A stretch of 64,000 nt of DNA from an uncultured Ignavibacteriota bacterium (GCA_937983305.1 CALKAJ010000030.1:20-64019), one strand, 5' to 3'. Numbered from the stretch's first letter, positions 1-9,863 are shown. The notes: generated by a model from the sequence alone, not told the origin. Program-made: numbers and translations.

Positions 1-896
1 CCGTATTCTTCAAAGCTATTCTGTAAGTCTTCTTTGAATGCAACTGCTTTTGCCGCTATGATGTGCATTAATGGTCCGCCCTGAACTCCGGGAATAACCA
101 TTGAGTCATACAGCTCACTCATCATCTTCGTTCTGCCGGATTTTGGTGCTTTTAACCCAAAGGGATTTTCAAAATCTTTTCCCATTAAAATTAATCCGCC
201 TCTCGGACCTCTTAATGTTTTATGGGTGGTAGTTGCTACAACGTGGCAATGAGGCATCGGGTCGTTTAATAATTTTTTTGCTATCAAACCTGCCGGGTGC
301 GCAATATCTGCAAAAAGAAATGCACCTGCTTTATCTGCAATTTCTCTGAATATTTTATAATCAATATTCCTTGAATAGGCGCTTGCTCCAACGGTGATAA
401 GTTTCGGCTTTTCTTTCATCGCAACTTCTTCAACATTGTTATAATCTATATAACCTGTCTTTGGGTCAACACCGTAACTAACGAAATTATAAAGCTGTCC
501 CGAAAAATTTACGGGAGAACCGTGAGTTAAATGACCTCCGTGTGATAAATTCATACCGAGAACTTTATCTCCGGGTTTTACCAGGACAAAATAAACAGCC
601 ATATTTGCCTGACTGCCCGAATGAGGCTGAACGTTAGAATATTCCGCTCCAAAAAGCTCTTTTGCTCTGTCTCTTGCAAGATTTTCAGCTACATCAACCC
701 ATTCACATCCACCGTAATATCTTTTTCCCGGATATCCTTCCGCATATTTATTTGTCATAACACAGCTCATTGCTTCCCTCACCTCAGGGGATACAAAATT
801 TTCCGATGCAATTAATTCAAGCTTTTCTGATTGTCTCTTTGTTTCGTTTTGAATTGCATCAAATACTTCTTTGTCTTTTTGCTCTAATAAGTTCAT
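1..896 (-). CDS. glyA: serine hydroxymethyltransferase; the C-terminal end runs off the window start
   Basis: Absent from the ORF track because it is open at the window edge. The reverse complement of 841-896 reads [19 protein letters not shown]. In frame further on are [16 protein letters not shown] and [20 protein letters not shown], which are typical SHMT motifs. Confidence 0.93.
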   Translation of the reverse strand, partial: MNLLEQKDKEVFDAIQNETKRQSEKLELIASENFVSPEVREAMSCVMTNKYAEGYPGKRYYGGCEWVDVAENLARDRAKELFGAEYSNVQPHSGSQANMAVYFVLVKPGDKVLGMNLSHGGHLTHGSPVNFSGQLYNFVSYGVDPKTGYIDYNNVEEVAMKEKPKLITVGASAYSRNIDYKIFREIADKAGAFLFADIAHPAGLIAKKLLNDPMPHCHVVATTTHKTLRGPRGGLILMGKDFENPFGLKAPKSGRTKMMSELYDSMVIPGVQGGPLMHIIAAKAVAFKEDLQNSFEEY

Positions 897-933
897 AACT
901 TTTGTCAAGTTTATAAAGTTTATAAATTGAAAT

Positions 934-1371
934 TTACTTAATATTGTTTAATTTATTAATTCTTCTTTCGTGTCTCTCACCGCCTTCGAAATTTGTTGAT
1001 ATAAATATTTTAAAATATTTTAAAGCGGTTTCTTTGTTAATAAAATCGGAACCAAAACAAATTATTCTTGCATCGTTATGCTTCCTCGACATCTCAGCCA
1101 TATTTTCATTTGTTGCATTTACCGCTCTTGCACCTTTTACCTTGTTTGCCGCAATGCTTACGCCAATCCCGCTGCCGCATATTGCTATTCCGTAATCTGC
1201 TTTTCCGGAAACAACGCTTCCGGCTACGCTTTCCGCATAATCGGGATAGTCAACGCTTGCCTCTGAATCGGTTCCAAAATCAATAACAGTAAAACTTTCA
1301 GATTTTAATTCTTTTATTAATTCTTCTTTTAATCCGAATCCTCTGTGGTCTGAGCCAATTGAAATTATCAT
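934..1371 (-). CDS. rpiB: ribose-5-phosphate isomerase B (RpiB/LacA/LacB family)
   Basis: 145 aa. [37 protein letters not shown] and [15 protein letters not shown] match the RpiB family over the full length. Confidence 0.93.
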   Translation of the reverse strand: MIISIGSDHRGFGLKEELIKELKSESFTVIDFGTDSEASVDYPDYAESVAGSVVSGKADYGIAICGSGIGVSIAANKVKGARAVNATNENMAEMSRKHNDARIICFGSDFINKETALKYFKIFISTNFEGGERHERRINKLNNIK

Positions 1372-1383
1372 AATATTAAAAAT

Positions 1384-2640
1384 TTATTTGTCTTCATCTT
1401 TAGGTCTGAGAAACCATAGCTCTCCAAAATTTACTCCAAAAGAAATTCTAAGTAAATCGTCTTTTAATAATCCGTTTGTGGTTTTTCCGCGGGTTTGATA
1501 ACTTAATGCAATATCAATAGAGTTAAATTTATTTAACGGAATACCCATCCCGATACTTGCTCCATATCCGTCAACTCCTTCTCCGTTAATACTGTATAAA
1601 CTCTTATCATAAAACACTCCGAACCTATATGCATTCTTTACGAGGAATGGTCTGTCAGGTCTTGCATTAGGTAAAATTTCAAGACCTAAACCTACTCTCA
1701 TTGAATTTCTAAGGTTTGGGTCCGGCGTTCCGTTGATTTTATAATTTGCCCATTGCTGAAATACCAAATCACCCGATAATAAATATTTATCACCAAATTT
1801 ATTTGTAATACCAAATCCAAACATATCCGGTATTTCAATGTCGCCGCCCGGTAGCTGAGTGGAATCATTGCCAAGGCTCGTTCCGTAAATTTTATCAACC
1901 GTTGAAGTTAATTTCAGCTTTGTTTGAAAAACAAAACCTATCGAAAGCTCATCAGCTTTTAACTCTTTAAACACTCTTCCAAGATTTATTACTATACCGC
2001 CTTTAACAAAGGAGCCGCCTAAATCGGTCTCTCTTCTTTGATATGTGCTTGTTATGTTAGGGTCTGTAAAATCCAGTACTGCGAGTTTTTTGATATTGCC
2101 AAAGGAATAATTATATTCAAAGCCAAGGCTTAGATTTTTCACCGGAGTATATGAAAGTCCTGCATTAATTCTGCTTAATCCTCCGTTGCCCGCATAAATG
2201 TGAGTAACCGGCTCTCCTAATTGAGAACTTAAACGAGTAACTTTGTAATTAATCTGATAAGAGGGATTAAAACCGATATTTAAAACCATTCCCCAGTCTT
2301 TTTGTAAAGGTATTCCGAAATTAAATCCGGAAATATTTGCATCGGTATTATCAGACTGACTTGCATCGCTTTTTGTTCTTAAAAAATTGTATCTGAATCC
2401 AAACGCAAGTTCGGTATGCTGAAGCCTGTAGTTCGCCGCAGGATTGAAGCTTGTTACATTATCTCCTGTTAATGATATACCCATAATGGACATACCTTCT
2501 GTCCTGTTATTCGAATAATATAAGTTATCGCCTACACCAAACACCGTATATGGAGAACCGCCGTTAAAATCTTCCTGTGCGAAGTTATAAGTTGATGAGA
2601 GTGCAAATATTAACAGAAATAAAAATTTTATTTTATTCAT
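1384..2640 (-). CDS. outer-membrane beta-barrel protein, function unknown
   Basis: 418 aa. Signal peptide MNKIKFLFLLIFALSSTYNFAQ. Alternating hydrophobic/polar strands rich in G/Y/N/F throughout. No family recognised confidently. Confidence 0.6.
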   Translation of the reverse strand: MNKIKFLFLLIFALSSTYNFAQEDFNGGSPYTVFGVGDNLYYSNNRTEGMSIMGISLTGDNVTSFNPAANYRLQHTELAFGFRYNFLRTKSDASQSDNTDANISGFNFGIPLQKDWGMVLNIGFNPSYQINYKVTRLSSQLGEPVTHIYAGNGGLSRINAGLSYTPVKNLSLGFEYNYSFGNIKKLAVLDFTDPNITSTYQRRETDLGGSFVKGGIVINLGRVFKELKADELSIGFVFQTKLKLTSTVDKIYGTSLGNDSTQLPGGDIEIPDMFGFGITNKFGDKYLLSGDLVFQQWANYKINGTPDPNLRNSMRVGLGLEILPNARPDRPFLVKNAYRFGVFYDKSLYSINGEGVDGYGASIGMGIPLNKFNSIDIALSYQTRGKTTNGLLKDDLLRISFGVNFGELWFLRPKDEDK

Positions 2641-2656
2641 TATTATGATTTCATTT

Positions 2657-3838
2657 TTAGTTTCTTGGAGTATATCTTATCTTAATACGTGGTCTTAAGG
2701 ATAAATTATTGTAGTTAGTTCCGTATAAATAAAACTGGTCGAGTCCCTGATAATCGTAAACATAGTAAATTAAAAAACCGTAATTTGTGAGGGTTCCGAG
2801 ATTCCATTTCTGAACAGTCGGTGTTATTCTGAAAGAATATTTTTGTGAATCCGCAATACTTCCGAGATATTCAATACCTGTTGTCATATTAGCCGTATCC
2901 GTAATTTCAGCGAGAATAATTCGTTTTTCCGCCATTTTAGTAAATGATTGTGTCTTGTCCAGATATAAATCAATTGTAGCATCATTAATCGAAACTTTAC
3001 CGCCAAGTTTAGATAAATCAAAACTGAATTTAGACCTGTACGCAACACCCGCCTGAACAAAAATCCTGTCTGCAGGAAGTGTGATGCTTCCGGAATTCGT
3101 TAGTGTTACAGTTTCCGATGAATTAAAAATCAGTGTGTCTATTTCGTTGTTCAATGAAACTACAGCTTTGATGTAAGGCTTTAGAGAGTCTGCATTTCTT
3201 GAAGTGAAAAATCCTTTAATTGTATTTGAATTTGCATTTGGTGAAATTGCAACTCCGTTATTGGAAAAAGAGTGATTAGAGTTAGCAGCTTTCCAAATCC
3301 ATTGCTTTGCAGTTTCATTATCAAAGGGTATGGTTATTTGTGATGTATCAACGGGATTTCCGCTGTAAGTCGCAAGTACGTTACTGCCAATCACCGATTG
3401 ATTAAAAGTACCAAAGTTAACGGTTGATAATCCGACAGTATCCGTTAAAGCGTAAACATTAAAGGAAGTCTGACCCAGAGAATCCTTAAAAAAGTAATTC
3501 CCATATCTGAAATTCAACGTTGCCGAGAGAACAGTGCAGCTGTCATAAGAAGCCGTAATGTCGTTGAACTTCAATAAAGTTTTGGATTCATATCCCTGGT
3601 ATTTTCCGACAAGAAAATACTGTGAGGAGTATGTATTCAGATATTTCAGGAAGCCTGATGATACTTGCAGTATTGTATCAACCTGGGAATCTAAAATTTT
3701 AGAGCCAAGGGTATCACCGGAATTAATGTAATTAAGACCTAAGTCACTCGGATTTTTTTCGCATCCGTTAATCATCATCAGCAGACCTGATAATAACAGA
3801 ATTAAAACTCCGGATTTCAATAAATTATATTTTCTCAT
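2657..3838 (-). CDS. lipoprotein, DUF4270-like (tentative)
   Basis: 393 aa. Signal peptide plus lipobox (LLMMINGC). Beta-rich and S/T/N-rich. From memory, a DUF4270-type lipoprotein lies near glgA in Bacteroidota; this is not verified. Confidence 0.5.
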   Translation of the reverse strand: MRKYNLLKSGVLILLLSGLLMMINGCEKNPSDLGLNYINSGDTLGSKILDSQVDTILQVSSGFLKYLNTYSSQYFLVGKYQGYESKTLLKFNDITASYDSCTVLSATLNFRYGNYFFKDSLGQTSFNVYALTDTVGLSTVNFGTFNQSVIGSNVLATYSGNPVDTSQITIPFDNETAKQWIWKAANSNHSFSNNGVAISPNANSNTIKGFFTSRNADSLKPYIKAVVSLNNEIDTLIFNSSETVTLTNSGSITLPADRIFVQAGVAYRSKFSFDLSKLGGKVSINDATIDLYLDKTQSFTKMAEKRIILAEITDTANMTTGIEYLGSIADSQKYSFRITPTVQKWNLGTLTNYGFLIYYVYDYQGLDQFYLYGTNYNNLSLRPRIKIRYTPRN

Positions 3839-3929
3839 TTAGTTTATATAAATCGTCAAATCTCTTAAAATAACATAATAAATTATAATATTCCAAACAC
3901 TTTGTAAGTACTAATTAAGTATGGGAATA

Positions 3930-4511
3930 TTAGTTGTTTAAAACAGAATTATTTAGTATAAAAGCCGCTGCTTCCAATAAATCGCCGGCAAGGCTTTCAA
4001 TATTGATTTTTTCGGCACGGCATTTTTCAATATCTCTTTTTCCGTAGCCGTTCATCATCATCACTTTTTTTAAATTTGCATTCGAAGCACATTTCATATC
4101 AGTATAAGAATCACCAACAAAAAATGATTCTTCTAAATTTATTTTATATTTCACTGCTGCTTTCTCAATCAAACCGATTCCGGGTTTTCTGTCAATATGT
4201 TCAATTTTATATTTTTCAATAACTCCGTCAACGTGATATGGAGAATATAAAATATCATCTATTAAAATTTTATTTTCCATATTTATCCTTCTAAAAAATT
4301 CTTCGTGAATAGTTTCAAGTTCCTTGATAGACAGCAAGCCTCTTGCAACTGCTGATTGATTTGTAATAATAATATTTAAAAACCCGGCTTTTTTCAACAT
4401 TTCGAGTGCATTAAAAAGACCGGGCATAAATTCAATATCTTCTGACCTTGTTAGGTAATTTACTTCTTTATTTATTGTTCCGTCTCTGTCAAAAAAAACA
4501 GCTTTATTCAC
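3930..4511 (-). CDS. HAD-IIIA phosphatase, D-glycero-D-manno-heptose-1,7-bisphosphate phosphatase-like
   Basis: 193 aa. FFDRDGTIN (DxDGT nucleophile motif), IITNQSAVARG and FFVGDSYTDM are typical of GmhB/HisB-N type HAD phosphatases. Confidence 0.8.
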   Translation of the reverse strand: MNKAVFFDRDGTINKEVNYLTRSEDIEFMPGLFNALEMLKKAGFLNIIITNQSAVARGLLSIKELETIHEEFFRRINMENKILIDDILYSPYHVDGVIEKYKIEHIDRKPGIGLIEKAAVKYKINLEESFFVGDSYTDMKCASNANLKKVMMMNGYGKRDIEKCRAEKINIESLAGDLLEAAAFILNNSVLNN

Positions 4512-4524
4512 TATTGAATCTGAA

Positions 4525-6006
4525 TCATTTACCTGTTAAAGATTTGTACAGCTCCATATACTTCTTAGCAGAGGCTTTCCATGAAAAGTCGAGAGACATA
4601 CCGTTTCTTATTAATGAATACCATTTGTCTTTTTTATTCTGATAAACATTTAAAGCTGATTTTATTGCTTTAAGGAAATCTGTACCATTAAATTTATCAA
4701 ATAAAAATCCTGTTCCGTTTGGTTTGTTCCAGTCCGTAATAGTATCCGAAAGTCCGCCTGTATTTCTGACGATGGGAATAGTTCCGTAACTCAGGCTGTA
4801 AAGCTGATTATATCCGCAAGGTTCATAGAGAGAAGGCATTAAGAGCATATCTGCACCCGCTTCGATATTATGAGCGAGCTCTTCATCAAATCCTATATGA
4901 ACAATTAATTTGTCGGAATATAATTTTTTTGCTTTCATAAAATACTTCTGATATTTTTCTTCGCCGACTCCAAGAATTATTACCTGTACATTTTCTTTCA
5001 AAAGTTTTGGAAGAATATCAACAAGAAGTTCTATACCTTTATGCTGGACCATTCTGGAAATTACTCCGATTAATGGTATGTTCTCGTCATACCGAAACTT
5101 AAATTTACTCAGAAGCTCTCTTTTGTTTTCATATTTCAACGGTATTTCCTGATAAGTATATCTGTAGGGAATAATTCTGTCAACACTCGGATTCCAGATT
5201 GTATAATCGATTCCGCTTAATATTCCGCTAATATCTTTTTTCCTTTTATGGAAGACGTCATCTAAACCTTTATTTAAACCCTTATCGGAAATAATTTCTT
5301 TTGCATATCTTTCGCTGACCGTAGTAATTTTATCTGCATAAATTAAACCGGTTTTCAAAAAATTAAATTTACCCGATTGTCCGTGAAGTTGTTCTTCAAA
5401 AACTTTTTCGGGAAGACCTGTTTTGTTAAAAGTTGACTTAGGAAAAACTCCCTGATTTTCAAGATTGTGAATCGTTAAAATAGTTTTGATATCCTTAATA
5501 TGAGCATTATCCTTATAGACGGTTTTCAATAATGCAGGTATCAAAGCAGTTTGCCAGTCATTGCAATGAATAACATCAGGTTTCCATTGCAATATTTCAA
5601 GGATTTCAAGTACAGCTTTAGAGAAAAACAAGAATCTCTCGTCATTGTTTGAAAATTCCTTCTTTGTTCTTGGGTTATAATAGACTCCTTTATTCTTGAA
5701 AAAATCCTGATTCTCGAGAAGATAGATTTGTGCTTTAGTATTTCTGCCGTGAATAAAAGAAGACTTGATGCTGAATCTTGATGCTTTTTCATTAATCGAA
5801 ATCTTGAGGTCTTTTAATCGCTTGATTTCGTGTATTTGAAGTTTTCTTTCGTCTAAAGGTCCGTATTTTGGCGATATTATTCTAACTTCATTTCCAAGTG
5901 AATTTAGAGCTTGTGGCAATGAATTGGAAACATCAGCTAAACCGCCGGTTTTTGAATAAGGGAGAACTTCGCTTGTTACAAATAGAACATTAAAACCTTT
6001 TTTCAT
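4525..6006 (-). CDS. glgA: glycogen/starch synthase (GT5)
   Basis: 493 aa. N-terminal VLFVTSEVLPYSKTGGLADV (KTGGL motif). C-terminal PSLYEPCGYNQLYSLSYGTIPIVRNTGGLSDT. Confidence 0.93.
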   Translation of the reverse strand: MKKGFNVLFVTSEVLPYSKTGGLADVSNSLPQALNSLGNEVRIISPKYGPLDERKLQIHEIKRLKDLKISINEKASRFSIKSSFIHGRNTKAQIYLLENQDFFKNKGVYYNPRTKKEFSNNDERFLFFSKAVLEILEILQWKPDVIHCNDWQTALIPALLKTVYKDNAHIKDIKTILTIHNLENQGVFPKSTFNKTGLPEKVFEEQLHGQSGKFNFLKTGLIYADKITTVSERYAKEIISDKGLNKGLDDVFHKRKKDISGILSGIDYTIWNPSVDRIIPYRYTYQEIPLKYENKRELLSKFKFRYDENIPLIGVISRMVQHKGIELLVDILPKLLKENVQVIILGVGEEKYQKYFMKAKKLYSDKLIVHIGFDEELAHNIEAGADMLLMPSLYEPCGYNQLYSLSYGTIPIVRNTGGLSDTITDWNKPNGTGFLFDKFNGTDFLKAIKSALNVYQNKKDKWYSLIRNGMSLDFSWKASAKKYMELYKSLTGK

Positions 6007-6121
6007 CTAAGATTTTATTTTTTATGAAGATACTCATTTGTGGAAGGAAATTCAATACAAATAGTTTGGACTATGTTACCGGAACTATATGTATTTTTGA
6101 TTTAATTGTGTAAAATTTCAA

Positions 6122-6141
6122 GTGTGGAATAATTCCTCACA
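6122..6141. promoter_or_regulatory. palindromic operator/UAS-like motif, copy A (GTGTGGAATAATTCCTCACA)
   Basis: Contains the perfect palindrome GGAAT-A-ATTCC flanked by GTGT/CAC(A). It lies 19 bp upstream of the ATG of the sigma-54 activator gene. 17 of 20 positions are identical to copy B at 7541-7560. Confidence 0.45.
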
Positions 6142-6159
6142 ATTATTTATCTTTAGGGT

Positions 6160-7503
6160 ATGAAAGAGAATATAAAAATACTTTTGGTTGACGATGAATC
6201 AAATTCAACCCAGATTCTCGGAAAAGTTCTGAGAAAAAAGGGCTATGAAGTTTTCGAGGAAAATAACAGTATTCAGGCAAAAGAACTAATCATACGAAAT
6301 TTTTATGATATAATAATATCAGATTTGCAAATGCCTAATGTATCAGGAATGGATTTGCTCGAAATCAAACCTGAAAGAAGTATATTTATTATGATAACAG
6401 GCTATGGCTCGGTAGTGTCAGCAGTAGAATCTATGAAAAAAGGAGCATTTGATTATGTTAATAAACCTTTCAATCTTGATGAGTTTATTGTAAAGGTTGA
6501 AAAAGCGGCTGAAAAAGTAGTGATGCAATCTGAGCTCAACAAATTGAAGGAAATAGTTGAAAACGAAAACAGCTTCTGCGGAATTATAGGAAAAAGTGAA
6601 AAAATGCTCGAAATTTTCGATTTATTGAGAAATGTTTCAAAAGTTAATATAAATTCCCTGATATACGGAGAAAGCGGAACAGGGAAAGAGTTGATAGCAA
6701 AGGCAATCCATAACTTAAGTGAACGCAGTTCGAAGCCTTTTGTAGCCGTAAACTGCAGTGCAATACCCGAAAACCTGCTGGAAAGTGAACTTTTTGGGCA
6801 CACGAAAGGAGCATTTACCGGAGCTATTGAATCACAAAAGGGGGTATTTGAACAGGCAAATGAAGGAACATTATTTTTAGATGAAATTGGAGAAATGCCG
6901 TTTAATCTTCAGGCAAAACTGCTAAGAGTTTTGGAAAATTTTGAGGTTAAACCGCTTGGAAGCGACAAAGTAAAAAAAATTGATATTAGATTAATATCTG
7001 CAACAAACCAAAACCTTGAAGAATTAACATCCGAGAAAAAATTCCGGGATGATTTATATTATCGAATAGCAACTGTAACAATTAATCTTCCGCCTTTAAG
7101 AGCAAGGCGTGGAGATATACCTTTAATAGCATATAATTACCTCAAAAAGCTTGCCATAAAATTTGGAAGTAAATATGAAATTACTGCGGAGGCGATGCAG
7201 GCAATAACTAATTATGAATGGAAAGGTAATGTTAGGGAGCTTGAAAATGTTCTTGATATGGCAGCTATAAAAAGTCCCTGTAAAATTATTGATGTGTCAT
7301 CTTTGCCGTTTCAAAGCGGAACTCAATTTAATACCGAAGTTGATATTTTAAATGAATCAAACTTTTGTACACTTATGGAGGTTGAAAAATCCTACATAAA
7401 ACGAATTCTTGCGGCTACAGAGGGGAACAAACAGAGAGCTGCTGAAATTTTAAAAATTGATAGAAAAACTCTTTATAAAAAGATAAAAGATTATAATTTG
7501 TAG
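6160..7503 (+). CDS. sigma-54-dependent response regulator (NtrC-family enhancer-binding protein)
   Basis: 447 aa. Receiver domain (LLVDDE, ISDLQMP, NKPF). AAA+ domain with Walker A GESGTGKE and the sigma-54 contact loop GAFTGA. C-terminal Fis-type HTH (NKQRAAEILKIDRKTLYKKIK). Confidence 0.93.
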   Translation: MKENIKILLVDDESNSTQILGKVLRKKGYEVFEENNSIQAKELIIRNFYDIIISDLQMPNVSGMDLLEIKPERSIFIMITGYGSVVSAVESMKKGAFDYVNKPFNLDEFIVKVEKAAEKVVMQSELNKLKEIVENENSFCGIIGKSEKMLEIFDLLRNVSKVNINSLIYGESGTGKELIAKAIHNLSERSSKPFVAVNCSAIPENLLESELFGHTKGAFTGAIESQKGVFEQANEGTLFLDEIGEMPFNLQAKLLRVLENFEVKPLGSDKVKKIDIRLISATNQNLEELTSEKKFRDDLYYRIATVTINLPPLRARRGDIPLIAYNYLKKLAIKFGSKYEITAEAMQAITNYEWKGNVRELENVLDMAAIKSPCKIIDVSSLPFQSGTQFNTEVDILNESNFCTLMEVEKSYIKRILAATEGNKQRAAEILKIDRKTLYKKIKDYNL

Positions 7504-7540
7504 TTTTTTGAACTGTAGATTAATTCCACATAACCTTTTG

Positions 7541-7559
7541 GTGTGTAATAATTCCCCAC
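7541..7559. promoter_or_regulatory. palindromic UAS-like motif, copy B (GTGTGTAATAATTCCCCAC), plus an extra half-site TAATTCCACA at 7521-7530
   Basis: Near-identical to copy A. Centred about 60 bp upstream of the -24 element at 7611. Confidence 0.45.
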
Positions 7560-7610
7560 TTAAACATTTATTTTTTATCAGTTTAAATTGACTATTAAAT
7601 CTTTCCCTTT

Positions 7611-7626
7611 TGGCACGATATTTGCT
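7611..7626 (+). promoter_or_regulatory. sigma-54 (-24/-12) promoter
   Basis: TGGCAC-GATAT-TTGCT is an exact match to the TGGCAC-N5-TTGCW consensus. It sits in the intergenic region directly downstream of a sigma-54 activator gene and upstream of a cytochrome operon. G/C-rich consensus positions are unlikely by chance in this AT-rich DNA. Confidence 0.8.
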
Positions 7627-7693
7627 GGGATTTTGTGTGAAGAAAATTTTAAAAATATTAGTTTTTAGTCTGAATCCTGAAATGTGTAAATTG

Positions 7694-8008
7694 ATGAAAA
7701 AGTTTTTTGCAAAGTTAAATTATAAATTTGACTGCGTGAAAATAGAAGTTGATTCGGATTGGAAAAATTTAATATTTGACGAGGAAATAGACTGCATTAT
7801 TCTCGATACCAACATAAACTCCGATATTCAAAGCGACATAAGAGAAAAATTCAATAAATCTTGTTTTTTTCTACTTCCCTCATTTTCAAGTGAAATTCAT
7901 TTGGATACTAATTCCGCTGATTTAATTTCAGAGCCGTTCAAATTCAGCGAATTAGAAAAGAACTTAAATGAACTATACGAATCTAAATCTGCTACGGATG
8001 CAAATTAA
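7694..8008 (+). CDS. small receiver-like (degenerate REC) protein; start uncertain (candidates GTG 7637, ATG 7682, ATG 7694)
   Basis: Residues IDCIILDTNINSD, FFLLPSF and ISEPFKFSELEKNL follow the CheY-fold pattern (beta3-Asp, beta4, K-P-F) but with Lys replaced by Glu. The in-frame upstream stretch KKILKILVFSLNPEMCKLMKKFF looks like beta1/alpha1 with the acidic pair replaced by SL. Confidence 0.5.
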   Translation: MKKFFAKLNYKFDCVKIEVDSDWKNLIFDEEIDCIILDTNINSDIQSDIREKFNKSCFFLLPSFSSEIHLDTNSADLISEPFKFSELEKNLNELYESKSATDAN

Positions 8009-9863
8009 TAAACTAATTGCAATATTATATTCATTTGTCGTATTAATTATTTTTGTTTCCGTTGTTACGTCTTCTGTTCCGGTTAAGGCAAAATATTCAG
8101 ATGACTGCCTTGTTTGTCACGAAGATAAGGACTTAACAATGGAAAAGAACGGGAAAAAGATATCGTTATATGTAAATCCATCAGTTTATAAAGCATCCGT
8201 CCACGGCGGCGCTGATTGCAAAGATTGTCACGTTGGTTATAATCCTGAAGAATTGCCGCATAATCCGAAAAGCTCAGGTGTGAATTGTAACGAATGTCAC
8301 GATATAAAAAAGAATCCTTCTTCGGCTCATAACAACGTAAAATGTTATACTTGTCACGGCGACCATAACGTTATTCCTGCAAAAGAATTTGCTAAATCAG
8401 ATAACTGTTTCACCTGTCATAATACAAAGAGCGTAAGTTCTTTTAAACAATCTGTTCATTTTAGAAAAAATATTTCCTGCGATAAATGTCATAAAAGCGG
8501 TCACGATGTTATAAAAATTTCAAAAAAAGAGTCAACAAGGCTTTGTGCTCAATGTCACAATAAAGCTTTTACTGAAGTTAATAACGGCGTACACAAGCAG
8601 TCATCGGGAAAAGGTAAGACACCAATTTGCGTTGATTGCCACGGTTATCACAGTATAAACACCAACAAACTTACCATAGAAACACAATCGTGTTATAAAT
8701 GCCATCTTAATGAGAAGTTGTTTCCCGGAAAAGAAAAGGGCTCAGCAGATTTTGTTGCGGAATATGAGAAAAGTGTACATAATTCTGTAAGAAAAAACGG
8801 AATACCTGCCGCTTCCTGTACGGATTGCCACGGAGACCATTTGATTAAGGGCTCAAAAGATCTTCAAACAAAAGACGGAATTCTTGAATCGTGTATAAGA
8901 TGCCACGAAAAAGCAGTAAAAGAGTTTAAGATGTCTAAACACGGAAACAATATTGAGAAGAGTCCGGGAAATCCGTTTGAATGTACAGATTGTCATGGAG
9001 AACATGGAATATTAGCAGTAAAGCTTGACACCAAACTTTCAAAGTTGATGCAAACTGATATGTGCCTTGAGTGCCATAAGGACAGTAAGTTTCAATCTAA
9101 ATACAAACCCGGAACGGAATTACATATTAATGATTATTTAAACAGCGCCCATTACAAAAAACTGAAAGAGGGCAACCCAAATGCCGCATCTTGTACAGAT
9201 TGTCACGGCTCACACTCAATGCTCAATGCACTTGACCCTAATTCTCCCGTAAGTCCAAAAAACATTTCTGCAACCTGCGGGCAGAATAATTGTCATATAA
9301 AAATCTATAACGAATATAAAGGTTCCATACACGATGTCTCAATTCAGACAAAAGAAAAATCAGATGCTCCAAGCTGCGTAAATTGTCACGGAAGTCACGG
9401 ATTGTTAAAAAAAGATGACCAAATGAATCCTTTGGCAAAACCAAACGGAGTTGTTCAGTTATGTGCTGATTGCCATTCTTCTGTCAGAATTATTGAAAAC
9501 AATAACCTGCCCAAAGGCATAGTATCCGATTTTAATAATAGTTTCCACGGACTCGCATTGCGTGGGGGCTCACAGGATGCAGCAGACTGTGGAAGCTGTC
9601 ACGGTGTTCATAATATACGTCCTTCTTCCGACCCATTATCAACCATACACGACGACAATCTGCCTCAAACCTGCGGCAGCTGCCATCCCGGTGCGACTCT
9701 TGCAACTTTCAAAACTCCGATTCATCTTGTGGAAACTGCAAAGGAAAATCCTTTACTTAAATGGATTGAGATTTTTTACATATTTTTAATAATAGCAACA
9801 ATTGGATTTATGGTGTTACATAATATTTTAGATTTAATAAAGAAATTAAGAACCAAACATTAA
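7998..9863 (+). CDS. membrane-anchored multihaem c-type cytochrome (18 CXXCH + 1 CX4CH)
   Basis: The ORF track gives 7968-9863; I prefer the ATG at 7998 (MQINKLIAILYSFVVLIIFVSVV, a signal or anchor). There are 19 haem motifs arranged as nine two-haem modules plus one extra. C-terminal TM helix WIEIFYIFLIIATIGFMVLHNIL followed by basic residues. Confidence 0.9.
   Translation: MQINKLIAILYSFVVLIIFVSVVTSSVPVKAKYSDDCLVCHEDKDLTMEKNGKKISLYVNPSVYKASVHGGADCKDCHVGYNPEELPHNPKSSGVNCNECHDIKKNPSSAHNNVKCYTCHGDHNVIPAKEFAKSDNCFTCHNTKSVSSFKQSVHFRKNISCDKCHKSGHDVIKISKKESTRLCAQCHNKAFTEVNNGVHKQSSGKGKTPICVDCHGYHSINTNKLTIETQSCYKCHLNEKLFPGKEKGSADFVAEYEKSVHNSVRKNGIPAASCTDCHGDHLIKGSKDLQTKDGILESCIRCHEKAVKEFKMSKHGNNIEKSPGNPFECTDCHGEHGILAVKLDTKLSKLMQTDMCLECHKDSKFQSKYKPGTELHINDYLNSAHYKKLKEGNPNAASCTDCHGSHSMLNALDPNSPVSPKNISATCGQNNCHIKIYNEYKGSIHDVSIQTKEKSDAPSCVNCHGSHGLLKKDDQMNPLAKPNGVVQLCADCHSSVRIIENNNLPKGIVSDFNNSFHGLALRGGSQDAADCGSCHGVHNIRPSSDPLSTIHDDNLPQTCGSCHPGATLATFKTPIHLVETAKENPLLKWIEIFYIFLIIATIGFMVLHNILDLIKKLRTKH

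Noticed and set aside
7610-7693. TTG at 7610 as the start of the small receiver-like ORF, as listed in the ORF track
   Set aside because: That codon lies inside the TGGCAC -24 element, so it would be upstream of the predicted transcription start (about 7637). The start must be at or after 7637.
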